Source: Planctomycetota bacterium
Lineage (GTDB): Bacteria; Planctomycetota; Phycisphaerae; UBA1845
Assembly (NCBI GenBank): GCA_016860685.1
Contig: BOJX01000002.1
Location: 10 to 64,009, forward strand
Length of the DNA: 64,000 nt
Direction of reading: 5' to 3'
Within the stretch, counting starts at the first letter, position 1. Each line of letters starts with the position of its first letter. Below the pieces are notes generated by a model, which was given only the letters and a program-made list of their open reading frames with translations, was not told the DNA's origin and made no database searches. Below are positions 1 through 8,358 of this stretch, piece by piece. The position numbers and the translations under genes were made by a program.

Positions 1-1
1 G

Positions 2-979
2 ATCATTGTCAAGAGCGATGGCGGGATGGAAAAGGAGCACCACGTTCCGCAGGACAAACACCTGCTGGTTCACTCCGGCGACTACGTGACCGCGGGGGAT
101 CCGCTGGTGGAGGGTCCGCTGATTCCGCAGGACATTCTGCGGATCAAGGGCGACGAAGCGCTGCAAAGCTACCTGCAGGCCGAGGTGCAGGCGGTCTACC
201 GCAGCCAGAACGTGACGATCAACGACAAGCACATTGAAGTGATCGTGGCGCAGATGATGCGGAAGGTGAAGGTGGAGGCGCCGAACGACGCGGCGTTTCT
301 GCCCGGCGAGGTGGTGGACAAGCACCGCTTCCGGATGGAGAACGAGCGGCTGGCGAAGTGCGTGCGCATCGCCAGCGTGGGCGACACGAACCTGACCGAG
401 GGCCAGATTCTGACCCGAGCCGAGTTGAACGCGGTGAACGAGGAAGTCGAGGCGAAGGGCGGCGAGCCGGCGCGGTACAAGCGCTGCAAACCGGCGGTGG
501 CGACGACGCTGCTTCTGGGCATTACGAAGGCGAGCCTTCAGAGCGAGTCGTTCATTTCGGCGGCGTCGTTCCAGGAAACGACGAAGGTGTTGACCGAGGC
601 GGCGCTGGCGGGCGCGAAGGACGGTTTGTACGGTCTGAAGGAGAACGTCATCCTCGGCCACCTGATTCCGGCGGGGACGGGCTTCAAGCCCTACCTGAGC
701 ATGGGGGTCAAGCACCTCGGCGAGCCGATCATGCCGATCCTGGCGATGCCGGGGGAGGCAAGAGACATCTTTGGCGGACCGCCGTCGGAGGTGATTTCCG
801 AGGGGAGCGGGGCGATGCCGCCTTCGCCGCTGGACAGTCCGGAACTGCAACGTCTTCCGCTGCCGTTCCGGCGTGGCTTTAATCCGGCTCAGTTCGGAGA
901 TGAGCCTCTCGGAGCGCCGCCGGAGCAGATCGGGGTGTCCGAACCGAAGGGGCCGGAGGAGCAACCGAGCCAGGGTTGA
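2..979 (+). CDS. rpoC: DNA-directed RNA polymerase subunit beta' (C-terminal part). The 5' end lies upstream of the window.
   Basis: The frame is open from nt 2. The blocks [45 protein letters not shown] and [14 protein letters not shown] are conserved RpoC C-terminal blocks. rpsL follows, as in the canonical rpoBC-str layout. The protein ends in a Pro/Glu-rich tail of about 95 aa. Confidence 0.93.
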   Translation: MIVKSDGGMEKEHHVPQDKHLLVHSGDYVTAGDPLVEGPLIPQDILRIKGDEALQSYLQAEVQAVYRSQNVTINDKHIEVIVAQMMRKVKVEAPNDAAFLPGEVVDKHRFRMENERLAKCVRIASVGDTNLTEGQILTRAELNAVNEEVEAKGGEPARYKRCKPAVATTLLLGITKASLQSESFISAASFQETTKVLTEAALAGAKDGLYGLKENVILGHLIPAGTGFKPYLSMGVKHLGEPIMPILAMPGEARDIFGGPPSEVISEGSGAMPPSPLDSPELQRLPLPFRRGFNPAQFGDEPLGAPPEQIGVSEPKGPEEQPSQG

Positions 980-1143
980 TGCCGAAAGTGGCGAATAAGA
1001 CGGACTTCCGGTCGGTGGGTTGTCAGAGCGGAAAATTCGGATATAAGGGAGGGCTTGCCTGACGCAGGCGCCGAGGGGCGCGGGAGCGGTCGGGCGGCGG
1101 GGCGGAGGGTCGTCCCGCGAGGCGATCGAACGAGCGAGGATAC

Positions 1144-1536
1144 ATGCCGACTATCAACCAGTTGATCCGCAATCCCCGTCGGGGCGTGGTGAAGAAATCG
1201 AAGGTGCGCGATCTGGGGCGCAGTCCGCAGAAGCAGGGGGTCTGCCTGATCGTGAAGACGCAGACGCCGAAGAAGCCGAATTCGGCGCTGCGGAAGGTGA
1301 CGCGCGTCCGCCTGACCAACGGGAAGGAAGTGACCGCGTATATTCCGGGGATCGATCATAACCTCCAGGAGCACTCGATCGTGCTGGTGCGCGGAGGGCG
1401 TGTGCGCGATCTTCCCGGTGTGCGCTATCACATCGTTCGCGGGACGCTGGACTGCGCGGGTGTGCAGAACGACAAGGAAGGGAATCCACGGAACCGCAGC
1501 CGCAGCAAGTACGGCGTGAAGCGGCGGAAGAAGTAG
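1144..1536 (+). CDS. rpsL: 30S ribosomal protein S12
   Basis: 130-aa ORF reading [13 protein letters not shown]...[11 protein letters not shown]...[19 protein letters not shown], the classic S12 signature. GAGGA lies just upstream of the ATG. Confidence 0.97.
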   Translation: MPTINQLIRNPRRGVVKKSKVRDLGRSPQKQGVCLIVKTQTPKKPNSALRKVTRVRLTNGKEVTAYIPGIDHNLQEHSIVLVRGGRVRDLPGVRYHIVRGTLDCAGVQNDKEGNPRNRSRSKYGVKRRKK

Positions 1537-1568
1537 GAAGGCAACGAGCAAGAGGAACCGGGCAAGGG

Positions 1569-2204
1569 ATGTCGGGGGGTGCGTCAGATCGGTTGAGTTT
1601 TGCGGGCGGCGCCGCGATGGCGCGGGCGCGAGACGCGGTGCGGGCAAGTCGGGTCGGCGCCGTTGCGCAGATCGCGGCGTTTGTCGTTTTGACGGCGCTT
1701 GCGGCACAGGTGCAAATTCGGGTTCCGGGGTTGCTGGTGCCGGTGACGTTGCAGTCGCTGGCGGTGTTGTTGTGCGGATATGCGTTATCGCCGTGGCGGG
1801 CGTGCACCGCGATGTCGGCGTATCTGGTTGCGGGGTCGGTTGTGGCTGGCGCGACCGGGGGCGCGTGGGGGTTTTTCGCGCCGGGGTCGGTCGGCTTGTT
1901 CGGTCCGACGGCGGGTTATCTGGCGGGGTTCGTGATTGCGGCGCCGGTGGTGAGCGTGCTTTCGCGGCGGCGGGATGGACTTGCGAATGCGATCGTCGCA
2001 GGTTTGGCGGGGACAACGATCATCTTTGGTTGCGGCGTCGCCTGGCTGATTGTGCTGCTGGATTCGGCGTCGGCGGCGGTGGCGCAGGGGCTTGTGCCGT
2101 TTCTGCCCGGAGCGGGGCTGAAGCTGGCGGCGGCGGTCGCGGCGGTGCAGTGTGCCCGGACGGCGCGACGAACCGGACGTGCGGCTGAGGGCGGATCGGT
2201 TTAG
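1569..2204 (+). CDS. bioY: BioY-family biotin transporter S-component (polytopic membrane protein)
   Basis: VPVTLQSLAVLLCG...GPTAGYLAGFVIAAP...GCGVAWL...GLVPFLPGAGLKLAAA matches the BioY pattern (PiTlQtlaVll.G / GPTgGYL.GF / PFlpGD.lK). The start could instead be the ATG at 1617. Confidence 0.8.
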   Translation: MSGGASDRLSFAGGAAMARARDAVRASRVGAVAQIAAFVVLTALAAQVQIRVPGLLVPVTLQSLAVLLCGYALSPWRACTAMSAYLVAGSVVAGATGGAWGFFAPGSVGLFGPTAGYLAGFVIAAPVVSVLSRRRDGLANAIVAGLAGTTIIFGCGVAWLIVLLDSASAAVAQGLVPFLPGAGLKLAAAVAAVQCARTARRTGRAAEGGSV

Positions 2205-2326
2205 ACGACGGGTATGCGGCTGAGCGTGCGGACCGGAGGTCTGCGGACCGGGGGTCGGTGGTCCGACGGGGGTTTGCGGTCCGGAAGGACGTGGAACAAG
2301 GGTTCGGTTGGAGAAGGTCAGCAGGC

Positions 2327-2803
2327 ATGGCGTTCAAGAAGTTCACGCATTCGAGCGAGCAGTTGAAACCGGACATCCGGTACAACAGCGTGCTGGTGTC
2401 GAAGTTCATCAACGGGATCATGTACAGCGGGAAGAAGAGCACCGCGACACGGGTGATGTACGACGCGCTGGACATCGTCGGGAAGCGGGTCAAGGACGTT
2501 CCTGCGTTGCAGGTGTTTGAGGAGGCGATCGGGAACTGCAAGCCGAACGTCGAGGTGCGGTCGAAGCGCGTCGGCGGCAGCAACTACCAGGTTCCGATGC
2601 AGGTGCGTCCGCGCCGGGCGCAGTCGCTGGCATTCCGGTGGATCCGCGAAGCGGCGCGCGGCAAGAAGGGCAAGCCCGCGTCGGTGGCGCTGGCGGAAGA
2701 GATTCTCGACGCGTACAAGCGCGAGGGCACGGCGTTCACGACGCGCGAGAACGTGCATCGCATGGCGGACGCCAACAAGGCATTCGCGCATTTCGCGTGG
2801 TGA
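2327..2803 (+). CDS. rpsG: 30S ribosomal protein S7
   Basis: ATG at 2327 is preceded by GGAGAAGG. SVLVSKFINGIMYSGKKSTA, GGSNYQVPMQVRPRRAQSLAFRWI and ENVHRMADANKAFAHFAW are S7 family blocks. The ORF-track start at 2258 adds an implausible Arg-rich leader. Confidence 0.95.
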   Translation: MAFKKFTHSSEQLKPDIRYNSVLVSKFINGIMYSGKKSTATRVMYDALDIVGKRVKDVPALQVFEEAIGNCKPNVEVRSKRVGGSNYQVPMQVRPRRAQSLAFRWIREAARGKKGKPASVALAEEILDAYKREGTAFTTRENVHRMADANKAFAHFAW

Positions 2804-2806
2804 AAC

Positions 2807-3448
2807 GTGTTGACGGGACAGAGTTCGGTTTCTGTGACGACCGCCGCAGGGTGGCTGCGCAGGCATCGACTTGCTCTCCTCCGCATCGCATTTCTTCCGA
2901 TCATTTTCCTGGCCGTGTTCACTCGACCGAACTGGTCTCCCCAGTCGTGGACGGCGTTCGGAATCGAAGCGATCGGGTTCCTTGTGATCGTTGCCGGGTT
3001 GTGGCTTCGACTTTGGTCCATCCTTTACATAGGCGGGCGGAAGTCGCGAGAGCTGGTGATGGAGGGTCCGTATTCCCTCTGCCGTCATCCTCTCTATACC
3101 GGAACGTTCCTGCTGTCGATCGGAGCCGGGCTATGTTTTGAGAACCCGCCGATGGTGATGGCGACCCTCCTGATCGTGATTCCGGTTCACGCTGTAACGG
3201 CGGGGATTGAAGAGCACAGCCTCTCGGGCAAGTTCGGCGAAGTTTACACGAACTATGCCGAAAAGCGTCCGCGATTCGTACCGGACTTTCGCCAATTCCG
3301 GAGCGTGGAGTGGGTCAAAGTTTCAACGCGATCGATTCACCGGATCATGTTTGAAACGGTTTGTGTATTGTTACTGCCGATCGCTGAAGACTTGATTGAA
3401 ATGCTGCACGCACGGGAGGTTGTTCCGGTTTTGTGGCATTTCCTGTGA
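2807..3448 (+). CDS. Isoprenylcysteine carboxyl methyltransferase / phospholipid methyltransferase family membrane protein (Ste14-like)
   Basis: GTG start lies 3 nt after the rpsG stop. There are several hydrophobic spans. The motif GPYSLCRHPLYTG followed by EE..L...FG..Y..Y....PRF is characteristic of the ICMT/PEMT superfamily. Confidence 0.7.
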   Translation: MLTGQSSVSVTTAAGWLRRHRLALLRIAFLPIIFLAVFTRPNWSPQSWTAFGIEAIGFLVIVAGLWLRLWSILYIGGRKSRELVMEGPYSLCRHPLYTGTFLLSIGAGLCFENPPMVMATLLIVIPVHAVTAGIEEHSLSGKFGEVYTNYAEKRPRFVPDFRQFRSVEWVKVSTRSIHRIMFETVCVLLLPIAEDLIEMLHAREVVPVLWHFL

Positions 3449-3554
3449 TAGCGGATCCCCCCAAGCAGCATCTCCCGTCGCCTTCCCCGACCAACCGGTC
3501 ATCGGCACGCATGGACGGATTCGGACGAATCGCATAACCTTCCGACAGATTCGT

Positions 3555-5627
3555 ATGTCCGACGGCTTATCCACAATCCGCAACATCGGGATCGCCGCGC
3601 ACATTGACGCGGGGAAGACGACGACGACCGAGCGCATCCTGTATTACACCGGCAAGCTGCACCGGATGGGTGAGGTGGACGACGGGACGACGACGACCGA
3701 CTTCGACTCGCAGGAGCAGGAGCGGGGAATCACGATCTACTCCGCGGCGGTGACGTGTCCGTGGAAGGGGCACACGATCAACCTGATCGACACGCCTGGG
3801 CACGTGGATTTTACGGCGGAGGTGGAGCGATCGCTGCGCGTGCTGGACGGTGCGGTGGCGGTGTTCGACGCGAAGGAGGGGGTCGAGCCGCAGTCGGAGA
3901 CGGTCTGGAAGCAATGCGACCGGTACCACGTTCCGCGGCTTTGCTTTCTGAACAAGATGGACAAGATCGGTGCGGACTTCGCGCGGTCGGTGGAGTCGAT
4001 CGTGGAGCGACTGCACGGGCGGCCGGCGGTGCTTCAGTTTCCGATCGGGGCGGGTCCGACGTTCGAGGGGCTGGTGGACCTTCTGGCGATGAAAGCGGTG
4101 TACTACGAGCCGCACGAGCTGGGGTCGAAGTTCGAGGAGCGGGAGATTCCGCCGGAGCTGCGCGATGAGGCGGACATCCGGCGGCATGAGCTGGAGGAGG
4201 TCGCGGCGGACTTCTCGGACGAGGTGATGGAGCATCTGCTGTCGGAGACCCCGGTTCCACCGGGGGCGCTGAAGGCGGCGCTGCGCAAGGGGACGATCGC
4301 CAACCAGATTCAGCCGTTGCTGGTGGGCAGCTCGCTGCGTTACGTGGGGGTGCAGCGGATGCTGGACGCGGTGGTGGATTTTCTGCCGTGCCCGACGGAT
4401 CTTCCGCCGGTGGAGGCGCATGACGTGCGCAAGCGGGAGGTGACGCACAAGCTGGCGTGCGACCCGGACGGTCCGCTGGCTACGCTGGTGTTCAAGATCA
4501 TCGCGGAAAAGCCGGTGGACCTGTATTTCCTGCGGGTTTACTCGGGGACGCTGAAGTCGAACTCGCGTCTGCTGAATCCGCGGACGGGGGAGAAGGAGAA
4601 CATCAGCAAGCTGTACCGGATGTTCGCGCGGCGTCGGGAGCAGATCGACGTGGCGCATGCGGGGGACATCGTGGCGGTGGTGGGACCGAAGCACCCGGTG
4701 ACGGGGGACACGCTGTGTGACTCGCACAAGCCGGTGCTGCTGGAGTCAATTCATTTCCCCGAGACGGTCATCAGCCTGAGCATCGAGCCGAAGTCGTCAA
4801 AGGATCGGGACAAACTGATCGAGGCGCTGCGGATGCTGGAGCGTCAGGATCCGACGATCCGGGTGAAGCCGGACCCTGAGACGGGACAGACGCTGATCAG
4901 CGGGATGGGCGAGCTGCACCTGGAGGTGCAGGTCGAGCGGTTGCGGCGTGATCTGAAGCTGGAGGTGAACAAGGGTCAGCCGCGCGTGGCGTACCGCGAG
5001 ACGATTCAGGGCGTGGGCGAGGGGGAGGGGCGGTTCGAGCGAGAGCTGGGCGGGAACGTACACTTCGCGGGGGTGCGGCTGAGGCTGGGGCCTTGGCGCC
5101 CGCAACCGGGTCAGCCGGCGACGCTGATTCTCAATCAGATTCAGGATGCTGATTTTCCGGCGGAGCATGTGGCGGCGATCGAGGAGGGGATCCGGTCGTC
5201 GGCGCTGTCCGGGGAGTTGGCGGGGTATCCGGTGATCGACTGGAAGGCGACGATCCTCGCGGTTGAGCATCGGGACGGCGAGAGCACCCCGCTGGCGTTC
5301 GAGAATGCGGCGCGGATCGCGTTTTCAGCGGCGATGCGGAACGCGCAGCCGGTGCTGCTGGAGCCGATCATGAACGTCGAGGTGGTGACGGAGGAGACGT
5401 ACTTCGGAACGATCGTGGCGGACCTCAATGCGCGGCGGGCGGAGATTCAGGACACGCTGTTGCGCGGCCACGACCGGGTCATCAAGGCGAAGGTTCCGCT
5501 GCGGGAGATGTTCGGCTACGTGACGAAGCTGCGCAGCCTGTCGAGCGGACGGGCGACGTCGACGATGACCCCTGCGGACTACGCTCCGGTCCCGGCGGCG
5601 GAGGCGAAGCAACTGGTCGGAGTGTGA
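3555..5627 (+). CDS. fusA: Translation elongation factor G (somewhat divergent)
   Basis: ATG at 3555 gives [33 protein letters not shown], with [21 protein letters not shown] and NKMDK G-motifs and a C-terminal [19 protein letters not shown] block. The ORF-track start at 3396 adds a non-homologous leader. Confidence 0.93.
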   Translation: [690 protein letters not shown]

Positions 5628-5701
5628 GCTGCTGCGCGGGCCTTGCGGCAAGGAGGCTTGCTGCGGGCGGGTTGCGCGTCGGCTGAAGATCTCCGAGTAA
5701 C

Positions 5702-7441
5702 ATGTCCCGCGATGTCCGACGCAAGCCCAGGCCCGGTCCTGCTGACGCCTTCCGGTTCCGGCGGTCTGCGCCGGGACGAAATCGCCCTCTGTCCTGGGCT
5801 TTGATTTTCCTTTCCTGTGCGGCGGGGCTGGTTGCGGCGGGGTGTCTGCGGAATCAGACGTGGGATGACTCGGCGATCACGCTGGGTTATGCGCGGACGC
5901 TGGCGGATACGGGGAGGATTTCGTTCGGTCGTTACGGGGAGGTGGTCGAGGGATCGTCGAGCTTTTTGTGGATGCTGATCTGCGCCGGAATCGCTCGTGC
6001 GACGAAAACGCCCGAGGGTCTGTTGCGTGCGGCGCAGGGCGTATGCGCGGTGTTGTACGTCGTGAACGTTGTAATGACATACTTGCTGGCGCGGCGGGAA
6101 CTGGCGTCAGGCGCGGGCGCTGTTGCGGCGGCGGTGTTGACGGCACTGTCGGCGGTCTGCGTGGTGAGCGTCGCGGATGCGATGGAGAATCACCTGTTCC
6201 TGTCGCTGCACCTGCTGCTGGTGCTGCTGACGGGGGCGTGGCCGGCCGATTCTGTCACGAGGGCGCGGTCCGCGGTTATTTCGCTGGTGCTGGTCCTGCT
6301 TTTTGCATGTCGCCCGGAAGGGGGAATCACGTTTCTGGTCTGGGCGGTGGTGACGGCGGCGTCATCGGCGCGCGGCGGGGCGGAGCTGCCGCGGCGCTGG
6401 ATGCTGGCGACGGCACCGGCGGCGGTGGCGAGCGTGTTGTTCCTGTTGTGGAGGCATGATGTGTTCGGGACGTGGGTTCCGAACACGGTTCACGCGAAGA
6501 CGTGGCCGCCGTATTTGAAAGAGGGTGCGGCGCGGGCGGTTTCCGCGGGACGGGCGGCGGCGTTGTTTGCGCTGGCGGCGGCGGCGTGGTGCGTCCCGGC
6601 GGCGATCGGGCGCGGGGCGTTGTCGCGGCTGGGTCGCGGCGCGGGCGAGGCGGCGCGTGCGTGTCCGCTTCCGGCGGCGCTGCTGGGGGCGTACTGCGTT
6701 TATCACGTGTACATCGGGCAGCAGTTCGGAACGGACAACCGGACGTTCATCGCGGTTTTCCCTTTTGCGTTCGTGCTGGGGTGTGCGACTTTGCAGCGGA
6801 TGTGCGTGCGCCCCGGTTCGGCGCGGGTCGCGTCGGCGGCGATCGTGTTTGCGGCGGCGCAAGGGTTTTTTATGTGGCGGTATGCGTCGAACGCAGTGAC
6901 GGTGGAGCGCGTGCGGTCGCTGGTTGCGCCGGGATTCGCGTTCGCCGAGGCGTTCGGGGCGACGCCGCCGTGCGTTGCGCTGCCGGACACCGGGGCGAGC
7001 CTGCTTTTTCACGGTGACGGAGCGAGGATCATTGATACGGCACTGCTGAATCATGCGACGGCCGCGCGGCGAGGGTGGGGGGAATTCGGACGGATGCTCG
7101 ACGAGGGGTTCCGCCCGGATGTCATCGAGACGCATGCGTCGTGGACGCGACTTGCCGGGTTTGATCGGCACGCCGTGATTCTTGATCGTTACGTCAAGGT
7201 GTCGATCGAGGACCGGTTCTACCTGGTGGAAAAGGACGTGCTCGCGCGGGCGCGGGATGACGGCGGTGGGGCGTGGGTGGTGCAGCCGGCGGCGACGCTC
7301 TCAGAGGAGGGGCGGGCGCGGGTTCTCGGGCGGCGGTTCACGACGTTTACGGGCGACGCGACGGGGGTTGCGCTGGACTGGGCGTTCGACATCCGTCGGG
7401 TTGAGAGCGGTTCGGAGGCGGGGGTGATGTCGGACCGGTGA
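5702..7441 (+). CDS. Polytopic membrane protein, probable GT-C-fold glycosyltransferase (first-loop motif DD..I..Y)
   Basis: About 10 or more hydrophobic spans. WDDSAITLGYARTLADTGRISFG...EGSSSFLW follows TM1, which is typical of lipid-linked-sugar GT-C enzymes. A soluble C-terminal domain follows. It is a paralogue of the CDS at 41882..43627. Confidence 0.6.
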   Translation: MSRDVRRKPRPGPADAFRFRRSAPGRNRPLSWALIFLSCAAGLVAAGCLRNQTWDDSAITLGYARTLADTGRISFGRYGEVVEGSSSFLWMLICAGIARATKTPEGLLRAAQGVCAVLYVVNVVMTYLLARRELASGAGAVAAAVLTALSAVCVVSVADAMENHLFLSLHLLLVLLTGAWPADSVTRARSAVISLVLVLLFACRPEGGITFLVWAVVTAASSARGGAELPRRWMLATAPAAVASVLFLLWRHDVFGTWVPNTVHAKTWPPYLKEGAARAVSAGRAAALFALAAAAWCVPAAIGRGALSRLGRGAGEAARACPLPAALLGAYCVYHVYIGQQFGTDNRTFIAVFPFAFVLGCATLQRMCVRPGSARVASAAIVFAAAQGFFMWRYASNAVTVERVRSLVAPGFAFAEAFGATPPCVALPDTGASLLFHGDGARIIDTALLNHATAARRGWGEFGRMLDEGFRPDVIETHASWTRLAGFDRHAVILDRYVKVSIEDRFYLVEKDVLARARDDGGGAWVVQPAATLSEEGRARVLGRRFTTFTGDATGVALDWAFDIRRVESGSEAGVMSDR

Positions 7442-7520
7442 GGCCGGGGATGATGTCGGTGCGGTGAGGCGGGGGTTGCCGCGCGGTCGGGTATGATGGG
7501 GGTTGGGAAGGGTCATCCGG

Positions 7521-8321
7521 ATGAGGCTGACGGAAACCGGTGGGGAGCGGGGTCGGCGGGTCGGCGCGTTCACGTTGATTGAACTGCTGGTCGTCATTGC
7601 GATCCTCGCGCTTCTGATCTCGATCCTCTTGCCGGCGCTTCAGAACGCGCGAGAGCAAAGCCGGGCGGTGGTGTGCCTGTCCAACCAGCGACAGCTCATT
7701 GCGTCGATGTTTCTTTATGCCGAGGAGGAAGGCTGTATTCCCGGCGCGTACTGGCAGGGGGCGATCGATCTGGACTGGGGCGGGCGGAACAATGCGTCGT
7801 ACCAGCAGGATCCCGAGCGGTTCGAACATCCGATGCAGACCTCGGTGCTGTGGTCTTACGTGAGCGGGATGGATGACATTCTCGAGTGTCCGACGGCGCA
7901 GCGGAGCGCGAACACGGTCTACGATTACACGATGATCATCCGTTTCGCGGGGGCGCGGACGGACCTGCGGTGGTGGGTGACGTATCCGGAGCGACCGGAG
8001 CGGACGGGCTCGCCGCGGCGGCGGTTCGACGCGATCCCGCTGCTGATCGAGGAGGATGAGTTCTGGTACAACGCGCCGGTGGATGACGGATCGTGGGCGA
8101 ACCTGGACCAGATAACGGACCGGCATAACGGCGCGGCGAATCTGGCGTACCTGAACGGAACCGCCGGGAAGTTCACCTCGCCGAAAGGTTCAAAGCCGCG
8201 GCTTCAGGAAAACGCGGACCTGACCGCCCGACATCTTCGGCTGGTGGTGGAGGGCAAGGGGGAGTACCCGGTCTGGTCGTCAAATGCGAACGAGTTCGGG
8301 TGGGTGAACCATCCCGGGTAG
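7521..8321 (+). CDS. Prepilin-type N-terminal cleavage/methylation-domain protein, DUF1559 family
   Basis: [34 protein letters not shown] is a type IV pilin-like leader plus hydrophobic helix. C-terminal [17 protein letters not shown] resembles the H-X9-DG motif of planctomycete DUF1559 proteins. ATG 7521 is preceded by GGGAAGGG; a TTG at 7503 is also possible. Confidence 0.85.
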   Translation: MRLTETGGERGRRVGAFTLIELLVVIAILALLISILLPALQNAREQSRAVVCLSNQRQLIASMFLYAEEEGCIPGAYWQGAIDLDWGGRNNASYQQDPERFEHPMQTSVLWSYVSGMDDILECPTAQRSANTVYDYTMIIRFAGARTDLRWWVTYPERPERTGSPRRRFDAIPLLIEEDEFWYNAPVDDGSWANLDQITDRHNGAANLAYLNGTAGKFTSPKGSKPRLQENADLTARHLRLVVEGKGEYPVWSSNANEFGWVNHPG

Positions 8322-8358
8322 GGCGTGAGGCGCAGGATCGCATGATCGGGCGGAGCCG

